Shown piece after piece: positions 1-13,917 of a stretch of DNA of 64,000 nucleotides; within the stretch, counting starts at the first letter, position 1, and each line of letters opens with the position of its first letter. The DNA comes from Dimorphilus gyrociliatus (Eukaryota; Animalia; Annelida), in assembly GCA_904063045.1 (NCBI GenBank), contig CAJFCJ010000019.1, positions 2,061,700 to 2,125,699 of the forward strand, in the 5' to 3' direction. The notes beneath the pieces were generated by a model, which saw only the letters and a list, made by a program, of their open reading frames with translations, did no database searches and had not been told where the DNA came from. The translations under genes were made by a program, and so were the position numbers.

Positions 1-832
1 GAAAACCCTGATAATGCTCAAGCAAATTCTTTCCAACAAATGTTAGCAAAATGATCCTTTTTAGAATACTATTCTTGATGCATTCCCTATTTGGGGAAAA
101 AAATTATAAGTTAATTATTACTTATTGCTAAAGCTGGCAGTGTATAAAATAGTCTTACTCCAGACGAAATAGACAACGGGGAACCCAAAACACTATACTA
201 AATATATGATACAGTAAATAGGTGAAAGCATTGTAAAGTGCACGTATTTTCCAGGGTTTAAGCATACACGAAGATGTGTCAATTACATCCAGAGAAATGT
301 TACACTTTTGAGAAACTTTTTGTTGTAGATGCAGGGCTCGACTAAGCTGGTTGACGTGTGTACCTTCCATGAGTTTTGTAGCATTTTCCCCATCATCTAT
401 CCAATCTGCAGCCGATTGCATCAACAAGGCAGACTGCTGTACATATTCTGCACTATATAATATAACCATTGCTTCACTACAATCCCAAACGGGGCTGAGA
501 TGAATAATTGGCACGTCGTCTTTTTTTCTACATGCAACAATCTCAAAGCGAACGATATATGAACTAATGATCGATGGTACTGTCAAATCATCATTTCTAA
601 ACCAAACTCCCAATTGTCTAATACTATAACCAAAGCCTTCACTCAGCTTGCTTTCTCGCAACCAATCTCTTATAGAACGAACATCTCCATTTCGAACAAT
701 ACCTGTCACACAAATTATTCTAGTCTTTCTATTGCTCCAACCGATAAGATTACCCGTAGGGGCATTCATACATTCATAAGGAATGTAAATCCTAACGATG
801 GGTTTGGGGTCATGAAATTCCCAGTTCGGCAT
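1..832 (-). CDS. PIGQ: GPI-GlcNAc transferase subunit Q (GPI1), 5' part; continues off the left edge
   Basis: The N-terminus 'RIYIPYECMNAPTGNLIGWS...ICVTGIV' resembles the PIGQ/Gpi1 N-terminus. Exon 832-159, GT-AG intron 158-87, then an open exon 86-1 (EECIKNSILKRIILL...). Confidence 0.7.
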
Positions 833-1166
833 AATTGAACGATATTACCAGAAAGCTGTAATTTATAATTTTATCTTTTCCCCTTAACTAAAAAATTACA
901 GCGAAATCAAATTTTAATGACTAGAAATTTCCCAAAATTTCATAGAAATATCTGGGTATTTCCAAATATTAGGTATTACAGACGAAAACTTAAAACTTAT
1001 GTAACGACTCAAATGGATATCGCAATACTAAAATCAATTGGAATAATATTCGATTATGTTTACATTGCAACTGAATAGTCTCGAGCAGATGTAGATTTTT
1101 ACTAAGTCGCTAATGTCTGAAGACTATTCACTTGGTTATTACACATGATTTAGTAACACCCAAAAT

Positions 1167-2153
1167 ATGGCTGATAGTGCTAGTGAATTAGAAAGCGATA
1201 CAAATTCCATGAATGACGGCCCAACAGCCCGACTGATGACTCCTAATCATATTGAGTACATGCAGAGGAGAATGGAATCGCTTCAACAAGAGAACGTCGT
1301 CCTTAAAACAGAGCTGGAAAAGTATAAACAAAGAGTAAAGACTCTCGAAGATGATAATGTTCGATTGCGAAGGGCCAGTGTTTCAATAGTTTGTAGTTTT
1401 AATTTCTTTTGTTACAAATTATTATTCGACTAAGACATAAACAGACTATTTAAATTACATTTAATTGACATTTTAGCAAGCTCGCGCTGAGCAAGAAGAA
1501 GAATTTATATCGAATACCCTTTTAAAAACCATTGAAACTCTAAAGAAAGACAAAGAAGTATTGGCAATGAAATACGAACAGGAAGAAGAATGCCTCACGA
1601 ATGATCTCAGCCGAAAACTCTTTCAACTCCAGCAGGAGAAGCAAGCTCTTGAAAGAACTTTAGAGCACGAACAACAAAAGGAAATAAATAAACTTAAAAA
1701 GAATACCGAACGCCTCGAAGCCGATATAAAACATAAACAAGCTTTGCTAGAGGAGCTACGTCGCGATAAAGTTCAATTAGAAAACGAGCTGGAGCACGAA
1801 CAAGAGGCTCTAGTTAATAGACTTTGGAAACGAATGAGTACTCTTGAATCCGAGAAAAGACGTTTACAACAACAATTAAATGGTAATACAGATATTCCAT
1901 CACCGAGAAATAATATTGAAGATGATTCTAGTGCAGCCAGTTTGAGAAACGAAGTCTATCGACTAAGACAACAAGTAACAAATCTCAGAGCAGATCATGA
2001 AAGGCGAACGGCAGAATTAGAAACCGAAGAAAAGTTAATAAGAGAAGAAAATGCTCGTCTCCAGAAAAGATTAGAACAAGAAGTTGAAAGGGGTGAAATA
2101 TTAAGAAGTCACTTATCGCAGAGTGAAAGTTCTTTGGAAATGGATGACGAAAG
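1167..2153 (+). CDS. CCDC6: Coiled-coil domain-containing protein 6, copy A (terminal exon not resolved)
   Basis: Exons 1167-1388 and 1477-2153. MADSASE..., [46 protein letters not shown] and [14 protein letters not shown] match the CCDC6 signature segments. GTAAGT donor at 2154. Confidence 0.93.
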
Positions 2154-4069
2154 GTAAGTAAGAAGAAACTTTAAGACAGAAAAGAGTGAAATTTTATGTC
2201 TCAAAAATGTAGTTAAATCAATATAGCTTAGGTAGCAGTTTTTTTACGGATATATAAATATATTTACAAGTATATTTATTCTAAAAATAACATAGAAATG
2301 AAGTTTCTATTTACAGATATATTTTTTATTAAAAAAATCTGAAATGTTTATTCGAAAGTCCAAAGTTTTCCAACTTTTATAACATTACAAAAGAAACTGC
2401 AAGTGTTTCATTTATCGGACAGGAGTTCTTATATTTTCATATTCCAAGATTGACTGAACTGCTCTATAGCGATAGCGCTAGGTGCACTTTTACAAAAACA
2501 TGTTTGCGGTTATTTTTAATAACCATACAATCCCTTAAAAAGCCGTTTTGCTATCTCATCAAATAATATAACATTCGTTAAGAACTCAATGCCAGGAATT
2601 TGGAAATGTCTCTAACTTTTTTTAAATGACTACTATATACAATTTATTACATTAAAATGCATTTAGAAAACAAAAAAAGGTTGATCTTACTAGTCCTGAA
2701 AGAAAAGAGAAAACTTTTTACTTAATGATTTTAATTGAAATTAAATTAAATTTTTTTTCAACTATTGAGACTAAACTAGCATTTTTATATTACAAATTAT
2801 AAATAAGTGAAAATGGTAGTTAAGTTATTTATTATTTTATGTCATAGTCAGAATTTTTTTGTCAAACAGAAAATTTTTCTAAGTGAATAGAGAGAAAAAC
2901 GTGTCATTCGTTTCATATTGTATGAAAGTGAAATATATGTAATGTGACTTAATTTTGTCAATTTTCCTTACTTTTATATGCTTAAAAAGAAATGACCAAT
3001 TGATCGTGTGAATCAATTTTTCAATTATTATTATTTAATAAATGTTTCTATTATATGTGACCTTCCAAATGCAAATAATGTATCAAATACAAATTGACCA
3101 CACTTTATAAGTAAACTGTAATGCTATATCACTCATGTGATATTTCAATTAATATTACTATAGATATATTGTCTAATATTTATAGTTTACGAAAAGTGAG
3201 TTTTTTAAAAAGAAGATATTTACTTCCTTTCTCGAATCTTGAGATATGTTTACATGGCTAATACCAGAACAATACATGCTATTTATAACTTGAGCTGGCT
3301 AACACTATTATTATTAGTTGTCATTCTGAGTATTTCAACCATAATAACTATTAGTCGTATAAAAGTGGGAACAGAGATTGAGTACAGCTTTCAAGAATTT
3401 AATATGAATAATGGACTGTTTTTCTACGTCAATAGGTAAATCAAGCGTAAGAAGAATACGTTTGTTTGCTACAATTTCCAAAACATATATCCTGTATATA
3501 TAGAAATGGTTCGTAACACTTGTTTAAGTACTTGTTGACTTAACATCTTACACCATCTCGTAGTTTGTTTAACTCAAGAGGAATGCCCTCTAACAAATAA
3601 AGCTTATTTTTTTAGTTCAAAAATTTTACGCCACAATAGGAAAGAAAGAATAACGTCATGAATTACGATCACGATGAATAGCTCATAAAAACCAGCTATT
3701 TCCTCCTACTCTTTTTATTCATATCTTTGAAAAATCTTCAAAAAATAAAAATTTAATGATCATTTTCCATTCTCGAAAATATTTAAGATTATTAATCAAA
3801 TTTCCTTTAAGTAAAACATATAACAAGTTTATTTTTTCTATGAAAAAAATTACTTTGCTGCACAAAAAAATAAAAAAAACATCATTTTTTGGAGTTTTCT
3901 CAAACAATTCGAAAGAAAAATCCTATAAATAATTTACAGGAAAAAAAATAAATTCATTTATATTAGAAAAATGTAATCTGCATGTATAAAAAAAATTTTT
4001 TCCACGAATTTCCCATTCCCATTCTCAAAAATTCCCTTTGCTCTTTCTCCCTCCATTAATTTATATATT

Positions 4070-7000
4070 CTAGTATTTGACAGAAAGTGCTTTTGTTCTA
4101 CTTTTTCGTCCATAAATTGCTGATGTAGACGAAACTTTTGCAGACATAACGTACAACGATGCATACGTACTTGCTTTAACGTCTAAACACATTTTATATT
4201 GAGTTGGTTCAGTGATTAGATGACACAGAATTGGATGAAATACATGAACCATTCCAGGATCGATACTTCGCATTGTTTGAACATTATGTGTGGTAAATTT
4301 ATCATATAAATCCAAGTCTTCCTTTCCCCAACCCTCTATGGCAGTCAAAAAACCTCCAACATTATCCAAGTCCGATTTGTAGGCACACGCCATACCAAAT
4401 GAACTTTGTCTCCAATATCCCATACTCTCTTCAAATGAGAACAAATTATTACGTAGACTACACTTTCCACCATAAGAGCACCTGACTCCCGGATCAAATT
4501 GACTGAACATTATTGGATAATAGGCCTGAATATTTCTAATGGTATTTCGGGCCATTCTCTGTAAAACGTTTCTGCTTAAAATCAGATCCACGTCTACAAA
4601 ACAGACAAGATCTCTTTTAGCAAACAATTGAGCTCCTCTGTCAAGAGAAATTCCTCTTGAAAATTTGCCAGGAACCACAATCGATTGAATGTTATGATTT
4701 GGATATTGCTTAGCCAAATTCTTCATATGAAGCACCATATCATCAGTTCGATTTTCTGGATCAATAGCCGATAATACTATAACTATACTAACTCTCTCTT
4801 CACATTTAAGTGCAATTTCTTCGAAATTCCTCATAAAACGAAGATATGTCCTATATCGGCCGGACAGGGGCATAACGATGTTTAAAGTCTTCCCAATTCG
4901 GCCACAACTCGAATTTACTTTCGCTATTTTCGGCTTTTGAAAAATTCTGAATCCATCCGAGAACTTTTCTTTCAGACTTTCGAAAAATCCTTTGTTGGGA
5001 AGATCATCATTTACGGATACCAATCGGGATTGCAAACTGCCAAATGCCTGATGTGTTCCAAACTGGATTTTCCGAGATTTCTTCTTCTTCTGGAATTTGT
5101 AGTGCTGTTGAAATTGAAGTAAATGATCCACTCCAGAGAATGGATTTACTCGTTTGTACCCAAGCCGGAATTGACTTAGATCATTGTGATATCCTGTATG
5201 ATCTTCATTAACATTAACAATTCTATTTACTTCCTTTAATATCTTTCCCAAGCTCTCGTTAAATGTGGCTTGGAACTTTCTCTTCGGTACTTGATTATTT
5301 ATTGTAGCAATACTGTGACTATCAATGCTATCCCAAGGAATAACGTGCTCCCTAGTCTTTGGCTTAATTTTATTCCATGACGGTGGTTTGCTTACTCTGT
5401 TCTGCTCGCCATCACCAACTCTGAAATGATCGGAGATTGAACGTTTAATCTTTCTAGACTTGGCATGAATATCTCGTTCAATATGTTTGATTTTTCGTTG
5501 AATTTCAATTGTTTTATGATGGAGTTTCTTCAGATTTGTTGTTCTTAAGAAATTCTCCATTCGAAAAACGTATGTATCATTTTTTATTGGATGTAAAGTG
5601 ATGGCGTGCTCTATTTGATCTCTATCTTCTTCAAGTGAATGAGAGAAAGTTCCGGAACGTTCACGATAATTGAAATAGAATAGTTCTTTCATTTCGTAGT
5701 TGGATGAACATTGCGCGCCTGTTAGTTGAGTAATACAACGGCCGACTTCAACGTCTTCGTGTGTCGAGACAACATTATTAATACAATTATCGACGTATGG
5801 GCACATGGCTGATGACAGAAAAGAAACTCTTTCAGAATATTATTTCTTTCTTCAAGATCATTTCTATAAATGGAAATGTGCTGAGATTGAAATTTGTTTT
5901 TACCTTTCAGAGTAGCTCGACTGAGAAACATTCCAGGTCCACCCATGCAATAGGCGTAACCGGAAAGTCCTAATTTACCTTTTTTCTCCGCTCGTCCAAA
6001 CCCCGCTTGTCCAACATACAGCTGTTGAATATAAAGAGATATATGATTTTTGATGAAGTATAGAAACTTCTTTTTAATGAAGGAAGGAGACAAGAAATTA
6101 AAAATAAGTTGAATATGAATAGATAGGGTGGAGCCAATACAAATATACAAATATAAGATGGTTAGTTATAAGGCGTTGTAATAAATTGGAAATATTTTAA
6201 TTGTATTGAAAACGTTATGAAATACAGTACACACCCTCTTGTCGGAATCGATAGAATTTAGAAAAGGAACTAGCTTATCCATTTTGAAGTAAGCATCATC
6301 ATCGGCACGTAGAAACCAATCGTATTGATCGATATAATTATCGCACATATACTTGATCATTTTAAACGCCTTTTCTTGAGGAGGATAAACGCTATCATTG
6401 ACGCCTAAAATAAAACGAATAAATTAGAATATATTTATATAATAAGTGATTTTTTACAAAAACAATTGATAATTAATAAAAACAAGTGGAAAGAGAGAAT
6501 AAAGAAATCGGCTCATAATTCATTTGTAACAAAAATTTTAAAAGTAAAAACTAGACGAAAGACTAAAAAAGGAATCTACAGGCAGATCAAGATGTATAAC
6601 AGTATATGTAAGTGAGTTAATAATATAAATAGTAGGCCGTTGTTAAAAAGCTTTTGATGGTAATAATATCTAAAAATGTGAGCATTGTTTCCCATAATAA
6701 TTCATAAAATAGCTAAGTATGTCTATTATTTGGAATGAAGGACTTTTCCCTTGTGGCTGTACCTAAAAGCGAAAGTTCAGCAAGTACAGTAAGATCAAGT
6801 AGTAGGTAAATCAAATATCTTGTTTAATCCTGATTTTCATAATACTAATTAAACATACGTGTAATATAATATACAGTCAATAGAAGTAATTTAAAACGCC
6901 TTCGTAGTTGACAATAAAATCAGTAAAAATTACAAATGATCACCGCAATCTTTAATACTAAGGGAATTGATATGAGAAAGAGTGTCATTTTCTCTTCGTC

Positions 7001-7564
7001 TTATTTACTTTTCTTTTAATTTCTTGATACATTATTAAAAGAGGATAATAATTTTAATACTTTGAGTACAATAATAGATTAAATTATTATTCTTAGGTGT
7101 AGGAGTGTTGTTAGTCATATGACCGCACCTTAACCTTGTCTTTAATATTTTTATAATAACGTAAGATGAAAAAAATGCCTAAGGAAAATAAAATTATGCT
7201 TACCTTTCAAATTGACAACTCTTAGGTGATTTTCTCGCCAACTTCCAGTTTGGGCAAAATATTCTACTGTTGCATGTTGGCCCCAAGTTTTATTACACGC
7301 CGATGCTCTCGTTTTTAAGAACTTTCCAGCTGTCATTACAGCTACGAAAATAGTTTTTCTAGGTCGAAATTCATCAGGTTGGTTACTCGTAACAACCGAA
7401 TTGTCTTCCATTGATAAAATTTTCTCAGTTGTATCACAGACGAACGGTGTTATAGTATTACCAATTAAATATCCTATAAACACTCCAGTCAAGATATAAG
7501 CTGGATGTAACAACTGGAATTTCCCATTTCCTGCATTCCGTGATTGGCGCTCAGGTTCAATCAT
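4070..7564 (-). CDS. CHSY1: Chondroitin sulfate synthase (CHSY1/CHSY3-like), copy A
   Basis: Exons 7564-7204, 6404-6235, 6021-5904 and 5808-4070. N-terminal TM anchor, VAVMTA, YPPQEKAFKM, WFLRADDDAYF (fringe-like/GT31 domain), YCMGGPG, THEDVEVGRC, FVDVD (DxD) and GWGKED (GT7-like domain). Orthology to CHSY1 versus CHSY3 is not resolvable. Confidence 0.88.
4136..6003. repeat. Left arm of a 1,868-nt near-perfect inverted repeat (partner 18788-20655)
   Basis: The reverse complement matches 18788-20655 base for base except at 4150/20641, 4667/20124 and 4880/19911. The 95-nt intron 3 is included and identical. Confidence 0.97.
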
Positions 7565-7868
7565 ATCCTCTTTAATTTCTGCCTCAATTTTGCCGATTTT
7601 TCTGTTATACCTGTATTGAAATCTCCATGAAGAAATTCTTTTTATAGTTTATTATTCTAGTCTTAGAATTAAGCGTTCTTCTTTTGTTAAGTATCAGCAA
7701 ATTTTAATCACTATGAGTAATTCCCAAAACTATTATGGTAAAGTTATGACGCTCGCTTCAGGCTGGTAAGTGAAGGTATGAGGTTAAATTAAAATTTCTT
7801 CTATAAATCGCTATTGAGAAGTTGTAGGCCAAAAGGATCAATAAATTGGCCTTGGTTAGGTACTTAAG

Positions 7869-7896
7869 GTGGGGGGGGGAAGGGGGTTAGGGGGGG
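7869..7896 (+). other. G-run cluster, potential G-quadruplex
   Basis: GGTGGGGGGGGGAAGGGGGTTAGGGGGGG in a very AT-rich region upstream of CHSY copy A. Confidence 0.45.
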
Positions 7897-9056
7897 TGAA
7901 AGAGACAGTAAGCTGTGCAAGCATAGGCGAGGGGACGAAAGGAGACGAGATGAGGTGGATAGAAAAGATTATGTGTAAAATTAGAAAAGGATAACGCAAT
8001 GATTAACAATAATAAAAAAATCATAGAACGATTAAAGTATAAGAATTCTATACTAAACTACTGTAAAAAACATTCCATTTTAGTTAAAAATTCTTATACT
8101 TTTGTACTTGAAAATTATTAATAAATTATAAAGTATTAATAGATTAACCTTAATAAATTTAAATGTTATAATCTTACTTGTTATATCAAAAAATTAACAG
8201 CTAACAGTATCCAAACCCAAACTGTTCAAGGCTTTTTCAATCCCGTGCCTGTCTTTTTTTTAAGTTGAGTCTTACATATTAAACATAAACACATTACTAT
8301 GTGTGATGGCATATACAGTACATTTATATATATATACAGTATACTACTTTAACTCATCAAATCCTTAAAAGTGAAAGACAGGAGATTGAATGACAGAAAT
8401 TAGCGACAACTTTTTTCAACGTATAAATAAATATTTGGTCAGCCTTTTGGACAACTAAAGAAACGTGTTTGTTTGTAAATTTTTCTCTATAAGTTCACAA
8501 ATAACATGAAAAATAGTTAATTAAGACAATATTTTTCCAACTAAAAAGTATATTTTTGTAAGCCTATTTTAAAGGTTCTATCTAGGCTGTTGGCAAAAAA
8601 GTTAATACTAGTTTTAAGATATTATAGTCCTATGGCGGCGATGACGTATAAATAGTTGCATCTTGAAGAAAGGTAAAAAATATAGTATGAATTATGAACA
8701 TATGATTAGTTTATAGGTTTACTGTTTCTATTTAATTAGTATCTAAGGATTATTTTTAATTGAGTAAAATATATTGTCTTGATGTATGAATATATAAAAT
8801 GGGCACTATTGTCATTATCGTGTAAAAGTAACCGTCAAAAAGATTAAGAATAAAAGGAAAAATTATAATAATAAAAGGAATAAAACGATTGGCCAAAGAA
8901 CTTTCTTTGATCTTTAGATAAATAATGTGTAATTACTTCCCTTTCCACTGAATTTGGCACGGAAACTATCACAAAAATGCTAATCAAATAGAAATAAAAT
9001 TATTCAAATAGAAACTAAGAATATCTTGAAAAATTTTTTAATAAAACTTATAAAAG

Positions 9057-10780
9057 TTAATTCATTTGTCGATCGACAAATTGTTTAAATGAGCAATAAT
9101 TTTCCAACCATTTGGCAATATTTAATAGTTTAACATCATTCAAATATGGTGTAATTAATTGAAGGCCAATAGGTAAATTTTCTTTATTTAATCCCGTGGG
9201 AACGACAACAGCAGGAAGACCTGAAAGGAAAAAGAATACAATATAATTATCTTTCAGTCCGTATGATAAATCTATATTCTTTCTTCTCAGATATTTAAAT
9301 ATTTACCGGCCAGGTTAACCGTAATTGTATAAATATCATGATCTTGACTCTTAACTCTATTTCTGCTATCTTTAAACCAATCAAATCTAGGAGCTGGTTC
9401 AAGGACTGCTGGAGTTAGTAAAACATCTATTCCGGAATTAAAGGTATCGTTAAATTCGTTCGCAATTTTTCTTCGAACTTTTTGAGCTTTTTCGTAGTAT
9501 TTCTTGTAGTTTCTGTTCGTTTAAGGCAAAATATGATTATAGGCTAATAAAGAGTGTTTAAATATGCCTTTACCTTGATAATAGAAAATAATTTCCAGCT
9601 AATATTCTCTCCCTAACAGCGTCATTTAGACCTATTGCCCTAGTCGAGGCGTACAACTGTTCAGTGCTTTCACCATTTGATCTAAAACCATATTCTATAC
9701 CATCATAACGAGCCATGTTTGATGCCACTTCGGATTTACATAAAACGTAATAAGCGTCTATACCAAATTGAGTTGAGGGTAGAGATGCACTCACAACATT
9801 AGCACCAGCCCTTTCAAATTCGTCAGCAATTCTACTCCATTCATCTATAACTTCTCTACTTGTTCCAGGTGCGTGAAAATCGTAGGGAATACCAACATTT
9901 AGACCTTTAACAGATGGCTCTTCGTCTAACTGCACCTTGTCAACTGGCCTCTTAACAGATGTAGAATCCTTAGCATCCCATCCAGCAATAATATCCAAGA
10001 TGTAGGCTACGTCATCCACATATCTCGCAGCTATGCCGACTGTGTCCATAGAATTTTCCAAAGAAATGAGACCGTGTCTAGATATTAAACCATACGATGG
10101 CTTGTATCCTACAACTCCACAAAAACACGCTGGATTTCTTACGGATCCACCTGTATCCGATCCTAAGGCTGCAAAAACAGCTCCGCATGCTACAGACACA
10201 ATCGACCCTCCCGAACTACCTCCCGCAACACGATCTGTATTCCAGGGATTCCTTACTTCACCCATGTGACTTTCAACCGATCCTGCACCCATTGCAAATT
10301 CATCCATGTTTGTTTTGGCTAGAAGTAAACCACCAGCAGATAGTAATTTTTGAACTGCAGTAGCTGTATAATTTGGTACATAGTCGCTTAATATTCGACT
10401 GGCACATGTTGTCCGTATACCAGCTGTACTAAAATTATCCTTAACGGCTACAGGAATTCCGTGTAAAGGTCCTAACTCATCTCCACTTAATTCTATTCAT
10501 ATATAAAATAAATTTGGTAAATAATTTTTATAAATCGAATATTAATGTACCCTCTCTCTTAGCGTCTAAAGCGGCAGCTTTTATCTTACATAGTTCATCG
10601 TTTAATGTTACTATAGCTTGTAAGTCTTTAGCTTTTTCTACTCTTTCCAAGCACGTGTTTAGGAGTTGAGTACTCGTCAGAGATCCATTCTTCATAGATT
10701 TTACCGCCTAAAATGAATGTATATTTTCTAATTAGATAGAATCATCATATCGTTGAATGAATTAAAAACCTCAAAAATTG
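9057..10780 (-). CDS. QRSL1: Glutamyl-tRNA(Gln) amidotransferase subunit A, mitochondrial (GatA)
   Basis: Exons 10780-10760, 10707-10551, 10492-9574, 9502-9307 and 9220-9057. Amidase signature GIPVAVKDNF, KTNMDEFAMG, GGSSGGS, LGSDTGGSVRNPA, SNMARYDGIEYG, RILAGNYFL and VNLAGLPA. The Lys-Ser-Ser catalytic triad appears intact. Confidence 0.95.
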
Positions 10781-11217
10781 TTTTCTTCATATTTTGATTT
10801 TCAAGAAAGCGGTAAAATATAATTAAACTTTAATTTTATTTTTTATAAAAGTAAGGCTGTCTGCTACATTATTTGACCTTGACATTAATGATTATAGTTA
10901 TTATAAATTATTTTCCCCCTCTATTGAGAAAAATACTTAATGCTTAACCTATTTAAAAAGTTAAAATATCAATTTAAAATAACTTAACTATATTATAGAA
11001 AAATTATTTTGAATAAGACATTATATAACGAAAACATCGAAAATTTCCGTTCTATAATACATAGTTAGGAATAAGAGCAAATATAAAGATTGATAGCAAT
11101 CGTACTCTATTCAATTGTCCTTTCTTTTTAAGCAGTTGCTTAAAATGTTTTAACCTAGCCTAGAGCTGGCCCGTTCCATTCAATATTATGAATATTATGA
11201 TTTCAAAGTAGAAAATT

Positions 11218-11454
11218 ATGATTCATAATGCTATGTCGATTGTTACATTTGAATTGTGCTCTGCCTTGCTTGCTATAGAAATTTACAAACTTTTGAAAAG
11301 GTTTTCTATTAGAAAACATACACTACAAAAGATCGTGAAAGAAATAAAGAAAGGATACATAGCGATAGACTCCCAAAAGATGAATTTAGGAGCAGAAGAC
11401 CATAGAATAACAAAAAATTTTATAAAGAGAGTTGTAGAATTGGCGAATGTTTAA
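11218..11454 (+). CDS. Possible small orphan ORF (78 aa)
   Basis: ATG-started ORF in an otherwise very AT-rich intergenic gap, with a moderately hydrophobic N-terminus and basic C-terminal half. No homology recognised. Confidence 0.2.
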   Translation: MIHNAMSIVTFELCSALLAIEIYKLLKRFSIRKHTLQKIVKEIKKGYIAIDSQKMNLGAEDHRITKNFIKRVVELANV

Positions 11455-11495
11455 CTTTTTAATGTAAAATATTTAAAATATGTCCTTTTTCCGGT

Positions 11496-13917
11496 TCAAA
11501 GTTTAGCTTTAACATCTCCAATATTTTCGTATAAATTCTTCAAATCTTGTTTAAACATCTTTCTAACTGATGATCTTTTGATCTTGAACGTCGGAGTTAA
11601 TAATCCATCTTCTATAGTCAACTCTTTCTCTAAGAGTTTAATATTGGCAATCTGTGTTGAAATTAATGTATTAATACATCATAATTTAATTATTCGCTAT
11701 TCCATTATGTAATATTTGTTGTACCTGTTCAAATCCTTTAAGTTTTTCAATTTTTGCAATTCTACGTAAGTCAGATAAGATTAGCTTTCTGACTTTGTTA
11801 TCATTGCATAAAGTTTTCAAATCACACTGTAAACCGTTCTCTTTAGCCCATATTATTAAATTATCTACGTCAGGAACGACAAGGGCAATCGGATATCTTT
11901 GGAATGAGTCACCATCTACAAATATTTGACAAATAAAAGGACTAGAAAGATATAGCTTTTCCAATCTTTCTGGGGCAATATACTCTCCTTGTGCCATTTT
12001 GAAAACATGCTTCTTTCGATCAATAACTTTTAATGCACCCTCCTTAGACCATTCCCCAATATCGCCTGTATGGATAAATCCTTCTTCATCAATTGTTTCG
12101 GCTGTCTTTTCGGGTTTCTTGTAATATTCTTTCATTCTATATTTATGACGAACCAAAATTTCGCCTTGATTATTTTTAGCAAAATAATCCAGTTCCGGTA
12201 CATCAATTAATTTTACTTCGGAACCATACGAAGGTGGACCAATAGCTTTAGTGAATCTGTATTCATGCTTCAGTGTGGCAGCTATAGCAACGCCGCAATT
12301 TTCCGATTGACCATAAATATCAATTAAAGAACAACCAAAAGCGCATCTTATGAAATTAGCAATATAATCGGACAATGGAGCACCTCCGGAATATATTATC
12401 TCAATATTTCCTCCCAATAGATTTTGAAATTTCTTGAATAAAACTTTATCCCATATAGAATCCTTCATAACCCTTTCGTAATAATTCATGGATGCTTGCT
12501 TCCTAGAAAACGCAAAATCGAAAACACTTCTTTTGAATGACCCTGGAGGTAATTGAGCCATAATCTGTAGCGAGAATGTGTCAATGTATACATGCATAGT
12601 AAGATACGCCAAAGGTAAATATACCTTATCATGAATTTTATTTAAAACCCTAGGTGGAGCAATAAGAACATTTGGTTGAAGTGCTTGTATATCTAACACT
12701 AGATTTTCTTGTTGACCTCCCCAAAAGCCAATTTTTCCGCCATTAGACATAACACAAAGTTGTATTGTTCTCTCGAAAATATGTGCCAAGGGCAAATAGG
12801 ATAAATGAACATAACTCAAATTAGAAGTCAAAGATGTTTTAGCCGTTGTACTTGCATTGTTAACTATCGTTTTATGATCAATAACAACTCCTTTAGGATC
12901 ACCAGTAGTTCCACTAGTATATATAAGCATACAAATATTGTCAGGATTCGGTGGACATGGTTGTTTCGGGTGTTTTGAACCTAATTCTTCAACTTTATGA
13001 AGAGGAATAATCATAACTCCTTTATCAACCGCCAGTTTAACAATGTCATAATCAAGATATTCTTCTAAAACTACAATTATTTTGAGCGTATGCATCAATT
13101 CCTTATTCTTTAGATAAATCATGGCAATCTCCACCGATTCAACAATTACAGCTGGTAATTCAGCTATAAAAGGGCAGAAACAAAAACTATCAGTTTGGTA
13201 TTTAAATTACTTTCTCAAAAAAACCTTCATTAGCGATATAAGTATAAGTCGATTCCGGTTGAGCATCATATTGACCAATCACAACCGCAGAGAACATATG
13301 CAAAGCTCTTTCGCATAGAACCCACTTAAAAATCAAAAATCAAAGTATTTATGTATGAAGTTATATTAATATCGGGAAATAGAAAACTCACTTCAAGTCT
13401 TGTTTTAGCTACTATACCTACAAAACTGCCGGGAATAATGCCTATATGTTGAAAACCGGATGCTAGACATTTTGCTCTTTCAAATATCTGTTTGTAAGTA
13501 AACCATTCGAAAGGGGGTTCAGTAGCTGTCCTCTGACCTAAATACGGTTGATCACCTAAACGAGCCAAAACATATGTTTACAACGTTATATGAATATTTA
13601 AAAAAAAAAGATAAGAAAGAAATCAATGCAAATCGTTCTACCAAATTTTTCAACAGCATATAGAAATAATTCGTAAGTGGTTGGTGTTTCCACATCAAGT
13701 TCAATATTAAATTTGTTCAAATGAGAAACTCTCAGTCCATCCTGTTTTTTTAATTATATATATTAATTCTTTAATTGTTTTCCTTTAAACATTTACACAG
13801 TAAAATAACTATTAATCAAATATATTTTTATATAGTTTTTATAGAATGTAACTTACATTGTTTATAGTAGATTGTTTTTTTAGAGATATGTTTCTATATG
13901 CATCCTCTAAAGACATT
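11496..13917 (-). CDS. Long-chain fatty acyl-CoA synthetase (ACSL1/5/6-like)
   Basis: Exons 13917-13857, 13741-13642, 13555-13392, 13324-13225, 13163-12625, 12564-11725 and 11651-11496. AMP-binding motifs YTSGTTGDPKG, SYLPLAHIFER, YGQSE, HTGDIG, IDRKKHVFKMAQGEYIAPE and GLLTPTFKIKR. Confidence 0.93.

Noticed and set aside
3239-3439. 66-aa ORF with a hydrophobic stretch that could be a TM-bearing terminal exon of CCDC6-A
   Set aside because: Several competing phase-2 acceptors exist (about 2317, 3164, 3216, 3243) and none gives a recognisable CCDC6 tail. The hydrophobicity is expected from AT-rich DNA.
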